Source: Vicinamibacteria bacterium (GTDB taxonomy: Bacteria > Acidobacteriota > Vicinamibacteria > Marinacidobacterales > Marinacidobacteraceae). Taken from it: a DNA stretch of 64,000 nucleotides. Made by a program: the position numbers and the translations under genes. This document shows, one piece after another, positions 37,401-51,436 of this stretch. Position 1 is the stretch's first letter. The number at the start of each line of letters is the position of its first letter. Where the stretch lies: contig OY729431.1 of assembly GCA_963422395.1 (NCBI GenBank), positions 1,088,001-1,152,000 of the forward strand, written 5' to 3'. The notes beneath the pieces are model-generated. The model saw nothing but the letters and a program-made list of their open reading frames with translations. It ran no database searches and was not told the DNA's origin.

Positions 37401-37895
37401 ATGACGGCCCGAGGGCCCGAGGTGGGGTTCTATTGCGACGAGTGCGACCGCTATTCCACCTGGAGCCCTCCCTTTGCCGAAGGTTCTGACCGCTGCGCCC
37501 ATTGCGGCCACCCGAATCCGCCGTCGGGTCTCCCCGGGGGCGCTGCCGCCGTGGACGACGGGACTGGGAGCGGCGCCTTCGGACCCCTCGCTGCCTGCCT
37601 CCACTGCGGAAACGCCGAGCTCTACATCAAGAAGGATGTGCCCCAGCAGATCGGATGTGCGGTCGTTCTGGCCGCCGTCGCGCTGGCGACAGCCGGCTAC
37701 GCCTGGTGGGATTTCTTCGGCGCCTTCGTCGTCTTCGCCGCGGTGGCCCTGCTCGATTTCCTCATCTACCGCCGCCTCGGGAGCGTGACCGTGTGCTACC
37801 GCTGTCACGCCGAATTCCGGCGTTTCCCCGCGAATCCCGAACACCGGCCTTTCGACATGCACCGCGCCGAGGAGTACGAGGCGGACAGCAGATAG
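37401..37895 (+). CDS. Membrane protein with four CxxC pairs
   Basis: CDEC, CAHC and CLHC, then two TM helices, then CYRC. Confidence 0.75.
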   Translation: MTARGPEVGFYCDECDRYSTWSPPFAEGSDRCAHCGHPNPPSGLPGGAAAVDDGTGSGAFGPLAACLHCGNAELYIKKDVPQQIGCAVVLAAVALATAGYAWWDFFGAFVVFAAVALLDFLIYRRLGSVTVCYRCHAEFRRFPANPEHRPFDMHRAEEYEADSR

Positions 37896-37916
37896 CTGGC
37901 AAAAGCCGGGCAGCGG

Positions 37917-40550
37917 TCAGCGGGGCAGGGGAGCCGGCTCCTCCGAGGTGTCGTCGGCCGTTTCCTGGGCTCGCAGCCGGAGCCCCCCGCCGGAGCCTTC
38001 GTCCACGCGGAGTACCGCTCCGGGGGACAGCTCTCCCGCGAGCAACATCCGTGCGGCGGGAGTCTCCACCCGGGACTGGATCACGCGGCGGACCGGCCTC
38101 GCGCCGTAGCGGGGGTCGTATCCCTCGGCGGCGAGGATCCGCAGCGCTTCTTCGCTCACTTCGAGCGAGAGGTTCTCGCTGGCGAGCCGCTTTCGCAGCC
38201 GGGCGAGCTGCAGCCTCACCACTTCCGCTACCTGGTCGCGGGTCAGGCTGCGGAACACCACCGTTTCGTCCACTCGATTCAGGAATTCGGGCGCGAATTC
38301 ACGGCGGAGTTCGGCGGCTACCGCGCGCTGGATCGCTTCTCTGCTGCTGCCGGCCTCGGCAAGCGCCAAGATCCGGCCGCTTCCCACATTCGAAGTCATG
38401 ATGAGCACCGTGTTGCGGAAGTTCACGAGCCGTCCGTGGGAGTCGGTGAGCCGGCCATCGTCGAGCACCTGCAAAAGCACGGTTCGCACCTGTGGGTGCG
38501 CCTTCTCGATCTCGTCCAACAGAACGACCGCGAACGGACGGCGGCGCACGGCTTCGGTCAACTGTCCGCCTTCCTCGAATCCGACATAGCCGGGGGGCGC
38601 CCCGGTGAGGCGCGAGGCGGCGTGTTTTTCGGTGTACTCGCTCATGTCGAGCCGCACCATCGCGCTCTCGTCGTCGAAGAGTTCGGCGGCGAGCGCGCGG
38701 GCGAGCTCGGTCTTGCCCACCCCGGTAGGCCCGGCGAACAGGAAGGCCCCGAGCGGCCGGTCCGGATCCTGGACGCCGGCTCGAGCGCGGACCACGGCGT
38801 CGGCCACCGCCCGGACGCCTTCGTCCTGTCCGATCACCCGGCGGTGCAGGAGCTCTTCCAGCCGGAGCAGCTTCTCGCGCTCTCCTTCGAGGAGTCGGTC
38901 CACCGGAATCCCCGTCCAGCGGGAGACCACCGACGCCACATCGGAGTCGGCCACTTCCTCGCGGAGCAGCCGCCCCTCCTGGCCGCCGAGCCGCGCTTCC
39001 GCCTCGGCGAGTTCCCGCCGCAGGGCGAGCGTGGTGCCGAAGCGAAGTTCCGCCGCCCGGCCCAGATCCTGCTGCCGTTCGGCCCGCTCCATCTGGAGGT
39101 TCGCTTCCTCGATGCGTTCGCGGAGCTTGCGGACGGCGAGCAGCCGCTCTTTCTCGCCCTGCCACTGGGTACGGAGCGCCCGAGCCTCTCCTTCCAGGTC
39201 GGCGAGCCGCCGCTCGAGGTCGGCGAGCCGTTTCCTCGACGCTTCGTCCGGTTCCTGCTTCAGTGCCTCGCGTTCGATCTGGAGCGACAACAGCTTGCGC
39301 TCCACTTCATCGAGCGCCGTCGGTACGCTGTCCATCTCGGTGCGAAGGCTCGCGGCAGCTTCGTCCACCAGATCGATCGCCTTGTCCGGCAGGAAGCGGC
39401 CCGAGATGTAGCGGCTGGACATCGCGGCGGCGGCGAGGAGCGCACTGTCCTGGATGCGCACGCCGTGGTGGACTTCGTAGCGCTCCTTGAGGCCGCGGAG
39501 GATGGTGACGGTGTCGGGAACGGAGGGTTCCTCCACCAGGACGGTCTGGAAACGGCGCTCGAGCGCCGCGTCCTTTTCGATGTGCTGGCGGTATTCGTCG
39601 AGAGTGGTTGCCCCGATGCAGTGCAGCTCTCCCCGGGCGAGCGCCGGTTTCAGCAGATTCGAGGCGTCCATCGCACCGTCGGTCTTTCCGGCCCCGACGA
39701 CGGTGTGCAGCTCATCGATGAACAGGATGATCGAGCCGTCCGATTCCTGAACCGCGCCGAGCACCGCCTTGAGTCGTTCCTCGAACTCACCCCGGAACTT
39801 CGCGCCCGCGATCAGCGCCCCCATATCGAGGGCGACCACTCGCTTCCCACGGAGTCCCTCGGGGACATCTCCCCCGACGATACGGAGAGCGAGCCCTTCG
39901 GCGACCGCCGTCTTGCCGACGCCCGGCTCGCCGATGAGCACCGGGTTGTTCTTGGTGCGGCGGGAGAGGATCTGCATGACCCGCCGAATCTCGGCGTCGC
40001 GGCCGATCACCGGATCGAGCGCATCCTCGGCGGCCAGCCCGGTGAGGTCGCGTCCATACCGTTCGAGCGGCTCGTAGGCGCTCTCGGGATTCTGGCTCCG
40101 CACTCGCGAGGTTCCCCGCACGGCCGCGACCGCCGCTTCGAGCGCCTTCCTCTCCATACCGGCTTCGGCGAGCGCGCGGGCGGCCCCGGAGTCCCCGGAG
40201 ACGAGCGCGAGAGCGAGGTGCTCGACGCTCAGATATTCGTCGCCGAGCTTCTTCGCCTCCCCGGCGGCGGTACGAAGAGTCTTCGCGAGCTGCCCGGACG
40301 GAGCCGGGTTCCCATCTCCCCGACGACGCTGCATCGGCAGCCGGGCAAGCGCGGCATCGGCGCGCCGTTTCGCGGCCTCCGGATCGAGATCGAGCCGACG
40401 CAGCAGCCGGAACAGCAGCCCGTCCGGCGCGTCCTCGAGGAGCGCCGTCAGCAGGTGCTCGGGGGAGACCTCGGGGTTGTTTTTCTCTGCCGCGAGTTCG
40501 GCGGCTCGGGAAAGGGCAGCGTGGGCGCGTTCCGTTGTTCGGATGGACAT
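37917..40550 (-). CDS. clpB: Chaperone ClpB
   Basis: Clp N-domain, two AAA modules (GEPGVGKT; GPTGVGKT) and a coiled-coil middle domain. Confidence 0.96.
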   Translation of the reverse strand: MSIRTTERAHAALSRAAELAAEKNNPEVSPEHLLTALLEDAPDGLLFRLLRRLDLDPEAAKRRADAALARLPMQRRRGDGNPAPSGQLAKTLRTAAGEAKKLGDEYLSVEHLALALVSGDSGAARALAEAGMERKALEAAVAAVRGTSRVRSQNPESAYEPLERYGRDLTGLAAEDALDPVIGRDAEIRRVMQILSRRTKNNPVLIGEPGVGKTAVAEGLALRIVGGDVPEGLRGKRVVALDMGALIAGAKFRGEFEERLKAVLGAVQESDGSIILFIDELHTVVGAGKTDGAMDASNLLKPALARGELHCIGATTLDEYRQHIEKDAALERRFQTVLVEEPSVPDTVTILRGLKERYEVHHGVRIQDSALLAAAAMSSRYISGRFLPDKAIDLVDEAAASLRTEMDSVPTALDEVERKLLSLQIEREALKQEPDEASRKRLADLERRLADLEGEARALRTQWQGEKERLLAVRKLRERIEEANLQMERAERQQDLGRAAELRFGTTLALRRELAEAEARLGGQEGRLLREEVADSDVASVVSRWTGIPVDRLLEGEREKLLRLEELLHRRVIGQDEGVRAVADAVVRARAGVQDPDRPLGAFLFAGPTGVGKTELARALAAELFDDESAMVRLDMSEYTEKHAASRLTGAPPGYVGFEEGGQLTEAVRRRPFAVVLLDEIEKAHPQVRTVLLQVLDDGRLTDSHGRLVNFRNTVLIMTSNVGSGRILALAEAGSSREAIQRAVAAELRREFAPEFLNRVDETVVFRSLTRDQVAEVVRLQLARLRKRLASENLSLEVSEEALRILAAEGYDPRYGARPVRRVIQSRVETPAARMLLAGELSPGAVLRVDEGSGGGLRLRAQETADDTSEEPAPLPR

Positions 40551-40580
40551 GACAGTCTCCTTATCAGGTTTTCTTCGTCG

Positions 40581-40610
40581 AATGTAAACGATATAAGGGT
40601 TTCATGTCAA
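40581..40610 (-). promoter_or_regulatory. sigma70-type promoter of clpB
   Basis: TTGACA-N18-TACATT in an AT-rich island; RBS AAGGAG at 40557-40562. Confidence 0.6.
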
Positions 40611-40669
40611 ATAATCTTTGCTTTTACAACTAAGATCGAAGGAGGGTCGAAGACGATTTCTCGCCGCTT

Positions 40670-40747
40670 TCCCCGTTTTCCGTGGCCGCACTCCATAGCA
40701 GCCCGGAGGTGATGCGAGTTCTGCTGTCCGCTGGAGCCGACGCCGAT
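40670..40747 (+). pseudogene. Isolated ankyrin-repeat remnant
   Basis: SPFSVAALHSSPEVMRVLLSAGADAD fits the ankyrin consensus PLH.AA..G..EVV..LL..GAD.N. Confidence 0.5.
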
Positions 40748-40978
40748 TTTTTCGTGTGCCGGCGGCCACACTCCGATAGCGAGCGTGATGGATCCCGTCG
40801 TGGAAACGGCGTTATCGAAGACTCAGCGGCCGATCCGATCTGTCGGCGATCGCTCAGTCTTTGCAGAGATAGGAGACGGGACCCGGACAGCTGGTCCGGA
40901 GGGCGGCGATACTCTCGATTTCCCGGTCTCGGTTTTTCCGGTCGGGGCCGAGGGAGCAACCCTTGGAAAGGCCGACAG

Positions 40979-42163
<1,185 letters not shown>

Positions 42164-42445
42164 TGGACGAATCTCCCTGAAAAGGCGGGGCAGGGGAGGG
42201 AAGGCCGGACTCTATCCGTCGCCGAGCCGCAAGCCCCTTCGTCTCGACGACGAACAGCTGGTCGAATTCCCGATCGGATTCCTGGCCGTCGTCCGCTCCT
42301 TCGGGCCGGTGCGCGAAGAGGGAATCCGGATCGATGCGGCTGTTAGCTGAGTCCGAACGACGGGGTCGTAGCGCTGCTGCACCGCCACGCCGGCGATGCT
42401 ACCAGCGGCGGGAGGCGCGCCGGAGCCGGTAGGCTCTCTTGAGCG

Positions 42446-43819
42446 ATGGCTCTCGACGCTCGGTGCACCGAGCTGCGAGACGCGATTCGGGAGGAGGGGT
42501 TTCGGCTCGGGTTCTCGGCGGTGGGCTTCGCACCGCCGCGGCTGCCGGAGGCGGGGGAGCGGTTCCGCGAATGGCTGGCCGACGGCCGCCACGGAACGAT
42601 GGGCTGGATGGCCCGCGACCCCGAACGGCGGAGTGATGCCACCCGGAAAAGAGCCCGTTCGGCCCGTCTGGGCAGGTCGGGAAGTTCGGAAGGTCCAGGC
42701 CGCCGCGAACGGACTCGGCGCCGAACCCTCGACCCGAACCTCGAACCCACGCCCGAGGGAACGCCCCGAAGAACAGTCGTCGCCTGCGGTCTGAACTACT
42801 ACGGCGGCCGCGCCGCCGCCGCGCCGCCGGGCGGCGGGGTGGTCTCGCAGTACGCTCAAGGGGAGGACTACCACCGGGTTCTGGAATCGAAACTCCGCGC
42901 ACTCGCTGGATTCGCGGAGTCGCGCGCCGTCGCCTCCGGCCTGCTTCCAGCACGCCCGCCCGGCGGCCCGAGGCGGCTTCCGACGCTCGTGGACCACGGC
43001 CCGCTCCTCGAGAAGGCCTTCGCCGCGCGGGCCGGACTCGGCTGGATCGGAAAGCACTCCAATGTTCTGGCGACCCGCGGCAGCTCCTGGTTCTTCCTCG
43101 GCGAAATCCTCCTCCCGGTGGCCCTTCCGGCGGACGAAGCGCATCCGGACCGCTGCGGCAGCTGTGTCCGCTGCCTGGAGGCATGCCCCACCGCGGCCAT
43201 CGTCGCCCCCTACCTCGTGGACAGCCGACGATGCATCTCCTACCTCACCATCGAACTCCGCGGCCCGATTCCGGTCGAGTTCCGGGAAGCCATCGGCGAC
43301 CGCATCTTCGGCTGCGACGACTGCCAGGATGTCTGCCCCTGGAACCGCTTCGCGGAAAAGACCGCCGAACCTCGCCTGGCACCGATTGCGGACGGCCTCC
43401 ATACCGAGACCCTCGCCGCCCTCCTGCGGCTCACCCCGGAAGAGTTCCGCGCCAGAACCCGAAGAAGCGCCATCCGCCGCGCCGGCTACTCCGGCTTTTT
43501 GCGGAATGTCGCCGTCGCCCTCGGAAACACCGGCGGCCCGGAAGCCTTCGGGGTGCTCCGCGGTGCACTCGACCACCCGGAACCCCTCGTCCGCGGCCAC
43601 GCCGCCTGGGCGATCGCGCGGGTGGATCCGAAGCGAGCGGGCCCGGTGCTCGCCGCTCGCCAGGCCCGGGAAGACGACGACTCCACCTGTCGAGAGATCG
43701 AGGCGGCGCTCCTCGTCTCGGCAGCCGGGAACGGCAGGCCTTCGCCGGAAGATGCTGTCGCAAGCGGAGGCGAGGCGCGGGCAGCTATCCCTCTGGCTGT
43801 ACGGCGGTTGGGTTCGTAG
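42446..43819 (+). CDS. queG: Epoxyqueuosine reductase
   Basis: DYH, AGLGWIGKH, CGSCVRCLEACPT, CISYLTIE, GCDDCQDVCPWN and a C-terminal HEAT repeat. Confidence 0.93.
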   Translation: MALDARCTELRDAIREEGFRLGFSAVGFAPPRLPEAGERFREWLADGRHGTMGWMARDPERRSDATRKRARSARLGRSGSSEGPGRRERTRRRTLDPNLEPTPEGTPRRTVVACGLNYYGGRAAAAPPGGGVVSQYAQGEDYHRVLESKLRALAGFAESRAVASGLLPARPPGGPRRLPTLVDHGPLLEKAFAARAGLGWIGKHSNVLATRGSSWFFLGEILLPVALPADEAHPDRCGSCVRCLEACPTAAIVAPYLVDSRRCISYLTIELRGPIPVEFREAIGDRIFGCDDCQDVCPWNRFAEKTAEPRLAPIADGLHTETLAALLRLTPEEFRARTRRSAIRRAGYSGFLRNVAVALGNTGGPEAFGVLRGALDHPEPLVRGHAAWAIARVDPKRAGPVLAARQAREDDDSTCREIEAALLVSAAGNGRPSPEDAVASGGEARAAIPLAVRRLGS

Positions 43820-43868
43820 CTGGGTCCTCGGTCGGGTTTCCGGTCAGGTTCCCAACGAGCTCGCCGGT

Positions 43869-44142
43869 CTAGTTCTCCGCGTCAGCGATGGCGACGACCA
43901 AGCCGAGGTTCCCCCTCGATCATCGAGTCGCGGTTCCGACGGAAGGTGCTGCACTCCTGCTCCTTCGGCCCATCACCGGCTTGCGCCTCGACCGGCGCGG
44001 AGCGCATCGCCCGACTGCAGTAGTGGCTCGTCTCACCGGCGCTGAGGCTCCGGTAGCGGCGCACCTGCCGCCAGTAGAGGCTCACGCTGTCGCTCTCGCC
44101 GGGAGCGAGAGCGAACCGGGCTGGCTGGCGCCGGGCGGGCAT
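43869..44142 (-). pseudogene. Frameshifted remnant of a group 1/2 sigma70 factor (regions 1.2-2.1)
   Basis: DSVSLYWRQVRRYRSLSAGE resembles region 1.2. RDSMIEG continues, after removing one G from a G5 run, as NLGLVVAIA (region 2.1), followed by a stop. Confidence 0.65.
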
Positions 44143-44913
44143 TGACAGCCGAACTCCGTCCGGCTAAATCTCGGAGGGTTGCCGATTGGGCCGCAGGGGA
44201 TCATCATGAGGGATTTCGAGATTTTCGTCAGAAGGGTGTGGAGTCGGCTTTCTCACCTCACACACTACGGCCGCCCGAGATCGAGCTCTGGCCAGTGGCC
44301 GGTGTCACTCGGGTCGGAGTGTTGCTGGCTTCGTCCGCAATCGTTCTCTCCCTGGTCCGCTGCAGCGATCCAGCCGGTGTCCCTCAGGCGGTGCCGCCGA
44401 CACTGAATCGCAGCATTCCTCCGGGTCCGTCTCGTCAGACTCGACTTCTCCAGCAGGTCTCGCCGTAGGGATTCTCGTCGGCTTCCCGTTCGGATACCGC
44501 CTGGGGCGATGGCTCGAGCACCGCCTGAAGCCGCGAACGAAGGACTGGACCGCTCTCGGCTTCGTTTCGGGGTCTGCGTTCGTGCTGGCGGTGGTGGTTG
44601 GTCGAGGATTCTTCCCTCTTCCTCGGCGAGGTGTGGGGGTCTGGAGCGCTGGGTCTCTGGAACGGTATCGCCCTCGGCATGAGATTCCAGCCTGGGGGAT
44701 TTCTGCAGGGGAGGACCGCGGCCGAGGATCGAAGATGAACGGAGCGAAGGTCGGCGAAACGCCGGATCGCCGAATCGACTCGGAAAAGGTTCGATCTCGG
44801 CGGCATCTTCCGGATGCCCTTGAGATGCCGGTTTTATCAGTCTGTGGAGCAGCGGGCGGCGGCTCCGATGTTCGGTCCCGGACGCTCGGACCAGACGGGC
44901 GATGCGCCCGCCG

Positions 44914-46314
44914 CTAGCGGCGGATCGCGGCCTGCATTTCCTCGAGAGTGACGAACTTGACGCGGGGGCGGCCCTGGGCCTTGCCGCGGGCCACTTCGAG
45001 GGCGTCGAGAGCCTTCCAGTCGGCGAAGGAGAAATAGTCCGGCGCCCGGCCGGCGACCAGCTGTGCCGCTGCTTCGGCCGAGGGGTGCTCGGGGTGCCAG
45101 TGCCTGCCCTGGGCAACATCCTCGAGTAGCACGCCGACCGTCTCCAGGGCGTCCGGTTTGTTCGTGCCGATCACTCCGGTAGGGCCGCGCTTGATCCAGC
45201 CGGCGCAGTACTGCCCGGTGCGATGCTCGCCGCCGGGAGAATCCAGGACGCGGCCGGAAGCGTGTGGAATCACCCCCCAGTCGTTGCGGAAGGGGACCTC
45301 GGGAAGCGCTACGCCGCGATAGCCGACGGAACGGAATACGAGTCCGGCGTCGAGCTCCTCGAAGCGGTCGGTGGCGCGGGGGCGCACCGTGCCCCGTTCG
45401 TTCCGATAGAGCTCGTTCTTCACCAGCTGCACCCGACCGACGCCGCCATCTTCGCCGGGGAGGAGTTCCACCGGGGATACCAGGAAGCGCACCGTGAGCG
45501 TGCGGGGCTTGCCGGAGCGTTTTTCGGCTGCGTACTGCTGGAGGATCTCCACCTTGCGGGGCGCCGCCTTGTCGGCGCCGGAATCCACCCAGACGCGGCT
45601 CACCGGGTCGAGCGCGGCTTCCTCTTCGAGAACGCGAATGTCGGCGCCTTCGAGTTCGCCGAGTTCCCGGATCTCCGGGTTCGAAAAGGCCGCTTGCGCC
45701 GGCCCGCGCCGGCCCAGCATGTGGATTTCGCGGATCCGGCTCTCCCGGAGCTGTTCGAGCGCGTAGTCCGCAATGTCGGTGGACGAGAGCTCGTCCACCG
45801 AACGGGCGAGCACCCGACAGACATCCACCGCCACATTGCCGACTCCGACGACCGCCACCGACTCCTGCGAGAGATCGAACTCCCGGTCGCGGTAGTCGGG
45901 ATGGCCGTTGTACCAAGCCACGAACTCGGTCGCTGCGTGGCTGCGCGGCAGGTCTTCACCGGGAATCCGCATCGCCCGGTCCACTTGCGCGCCGACGGCA
46001 TAGATCGCCGCGTGGTAGTGGCGGCGAACATCGGCGAGCCGGATGTCGCTCCCGAATTCCACTCCGCCATAGAAGCGGAAGCGGGGGTTCTTCGCCGTGC
46101 GCTCGTAGGCGCGGGTGACCGTCTTGATCTTCTGGTGGTCGGGGGCCACTCCGCCGCGGACCAGGCCGTAGGGGGTCGGCAGCCGGTCGTAGAGATCCAC
46201 TTCGGCGGTGATCCCGTCGGCCTTGAAGAGGTGGTCGGTAGCGTAGAAGCCGGTCGGGCCGGATCCGAAGATCGCGACCCGCAGCGGATGTTCGGGCGTG
46301 CCGGGACTCGTCAT
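44914..46314 (-). CDS. NADPH:ferredoxin reductase (adrenodoxin reductase/FprA type)
   Basis: GSGPTG, PYGLVRGGVAPDH, FVAWYNGHP, GVGNVAVD and GWIKRGPTGVIGTN motifs. Confidence 0.92.
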   Translation of the reverse strand: MTSPGTPEHPLRVAIFGSGPTGFYATDHLFKADGITAEVDLYDRLPTPYGLVRGGVAPDHQKIKTVTRAYERTAKNPRFRFYGGVEFGSDIRLADVRRHYHAAIYAVGAQVDRAMRIPGEDLPRSHAATEFVAWYNGHPDYRDREFDLSQESVAVVGVGNVAVDVCRVLARSVDELSSTDIADYALEQLRESRIREIHMLGRRGPAQAAFSNPEIRELGELEGADIRVLEEEAALDPVSRVWVDSGADKAAPRKVEILQQYAAEKRSGKPRTLTVRFLVSPVELLPGEDGGVGRVQLVKNELYRNERGTVRPRATDRFEELDAGLVFRSVGYRGVALPEVPFRNDWGVIPHASGRVLDSPGGEHRTGQYCAGWIKRGPTGVIGTNKPDALETVGVLLEDVAQGRHWHPEHPSAEAAAQLVAGRAPDYFSFADWKALDALEVARGKAQGRPRVKFVTLEEMQAAIRR

Positions 46315-46450
46315 TGCGGCGCGGAGTATAGGAGCGCGGCGGCCTCTTTCAGGAAGCCCCGGAATCTCCCTCCCGGAGGCTTCCGGTCTGCCGCACTGCC
46401 GGCCGCGGTGGAGGAGAACCAAGCCAGCCTCGGCACCCCTGCCGGTCGGG

Positions 46451-49609
<3,159 letters not shown>

Positions 49610-49644
49610 GGGCAGGGTGTCCTCGAAGGAAGAAAAGGAACCCG

Positions 49645-51402
49645 TTACCGCCGCGGACGGCGGCGGGCGCGGAGGCGCTCTTCGATCTGCTCCTCGGTGA
49701 GACCGCGCTCGCGGAGGCGCTCGCGGAACGTCTCGATCTCTTCGGCGGTCATCGCATTCCTTCGCGTCCCGTCGGCTGGCTCGGCGCGGGAGGCGGCCGG
49801 ATCCGAGTTCCAGCCGGTGCGGAGACGCTCTTCGATCTGTTCCTCGGTCATGCCCATCATGCGAAGGCGAGTGCGGATCGCCTCCTGGACCTCGGGCGAC
49901 ATCGCTTCGAAGGAGGGCGGCTGCGGCTTCTCGGCCCCGCCTGCCTGGCGCGGCGCGGGAGCCGCCACTCCGTCGTCCGCCGCCGCGGTATCAGCCGCCG
50001 GGGCAGGGGAGGCCGGCGGCGGCGGGGCGGATCCCGACGCGCGGGAGCGAGGAGGTGTTCCGCGTGCAGCGCCGCCGGCCTCCCCCGTTGCCGGGCTTTC
50101 CGGACGGCCCTCCCGAGGGGTGCCGCCAGCCGCCATCGCCGCCAGCCGCTCGTCGATCTGGGCGTCGGTCATCCCGCGCGCCCGCATCCGCTCGCGGCGC
50201 TCGTCGGTCCCATCCGCCGTTCCGTCCGCAGCGCGGCGCGGCGCGGTCGTTTCGGCGCCCGGCCCGGCGAGAATCTGGACCGGAGTGGCGTCGGTGAGCC
50301 CGTCCTGGCCGACCACGATGACCCGATCGTTCGTCTGGAGCCCGCTCGTCACTTCGACCCGTTCCTCCTCCTCGTATCCCAGAGTGATATTCCGGCGGTA
50401 GGCGACGCCGTCTTCGACCACGAACACCGAGTCGGCGAGGCTCTCCAGCGACAGGGCCCGCTTCGGCAGGATCAGCGCGTTCTCGCGCACATCGGTCACC
50501 AGACGTACGGTGGCGAACATCCCGGGGCTGAGCCGGCCCTGCCGATCCACTTCCAGAGTGACCCGAATGGTGCCGGTCGAGGCATCCACCACCGGGCTCA
50601 CCCGCAGCACGCGCCCCTGGAAGCTCTCCTCCGGAAACGCCTCCACCTCGATTCGGGCTGGTTGTCCGACCGAGAGGCGGGTCAGGTCGCGCTCGGGCAC
50701 TCCGATCGTGCAGAGCAGCGGATCGAAATCGGAGATCCGGAAGAGGCGCTGGCCGGGGGTGACCGTCTCCCCGAACTTCACCACCCGCTCGATGATCAGG
50801 CCGTCGAAAGGCGCTTCGACCCGGGTGTAGCCGAACTGGATCCGGCTGCCGTCGAGTTGCGCCCGCGCCGACTCGAAGGTGGAGACCGCAGTGTCGTACA
50901 CCTCCTGACTCACCACCGAGTTCTCGAACGAGGCTCTGGCTCGTTCCAGAGCGCGTTCCGCCTGCTGCAGCGACACCTGGGCGATCTCTACCTGGGCGCG
51001 CGGTTCCGCCTCGTCCACCTGCGCGAGTAGCTGGCCGCTGCTCACCTGCATCCCTTCCTCGGTGCGGAGATCGGTGAGCGGACCGCCGATCCGGGCCACG
51101 ATGTCCACCTCGCGCTCGGCTTCGAGCGTTCCGTTGGTCTCGATGAAGGCCGCGATCTCTCCGGGCAGGATCTCCACGACCTCGACCGGAACCGCCGTTC
51201 CCGAGCTGCTGCCGGCGCCGGACCGGGCGCCGCCGAATCCACCGGGCGGACCTCCCGGCCGGCCGCTCGGACCGCCGGAGGCCGCCTCCCCCTCGTCTCC
51301 CGAGCCGCAGCCGCAGAGCCCGAAGGCGGCGGCGGCGAAGACCGGCAACAGGATGCGGCTCCCCGACGAGCGCCGGGGTTGGGGAAGGCGTGCTTTCGTC
51401 AT
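49645..51402 (-). CDS. RND periplasmic adaptor (MFP) lipoprotein with long repetitive C-terminal tail
   Basis: Lipobox-like LCGC, lipoyl/hairpin core (YTRVEAPFDG; LSPGMF) and a ~200-aa C-terminal extension. Confidence 0.92.
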   Translation of the reverse strand: MTKARLPQPRRSSGSRILLPVFAAAAFGLCGCGSGDEGEAASGGPSGRPGGPPGGFGGARSGAGSSSGTAVPVEVVEILPGEIAAFIETNGTLEAEREVDIVARIGGPLTDLRTEEGMQVSSGQLLAQVDEAEPRAQVEIAQVSLQQAERALERARASFENSVVSQEVYDTAVSTFESARAQLDGSRIQFGYTRVEAPFDGLIIERVVKFGETVTPGQRLFRISDFDPLLCTIGVPERDLTRLSVGQPARIEVEAFPEESFQGRVLRVSPVVDASTGTIRVTLEVDRQGRLSPGMFATVRLVTDVRENALILPKRALSLESLADSVFVVEDGVAYRRNITLGYEEEERVEVTSGLQTNDRVIVVGQDGLTDATPVQILAGPGAETTAPRRAADGTADGTDERRERMRARGMTDAQIDERLAAMAAGGTPREGRPESPATGEAGGAARGTPPRSRASGSAPPPPASPAPAADTAAADDGVAAPAPRQAGGAEKPQPPSFEAMSPEVQEAIRTRLRMMGMTEEQIEERLRTGWNSDPAASRAEPADGTRRNAMTAEEIETFRERLRERGLTEEQIEERLRARRRPRR

Positions 51403-51436
51403 GGGATTCCTTTGCGGGGACTGCTTCCTCGTCGGA

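Noticed and set aside
42164-42350. Possible glycine riboswitch upstream of kbl (CCGAAGGAGC and TTTCAGG on the minus strand)
   Set aside because: The spacing and the 5' GGAGA element do not fit. The region may be an unidentifiable coding remnant.
44142-44900. Short ORFs (108-123 aa) between the sigma remnant and fprA
   Set aside because: No recognisable motif, RBS or consistent codon bias; left unannotated as probable decayed DNA.
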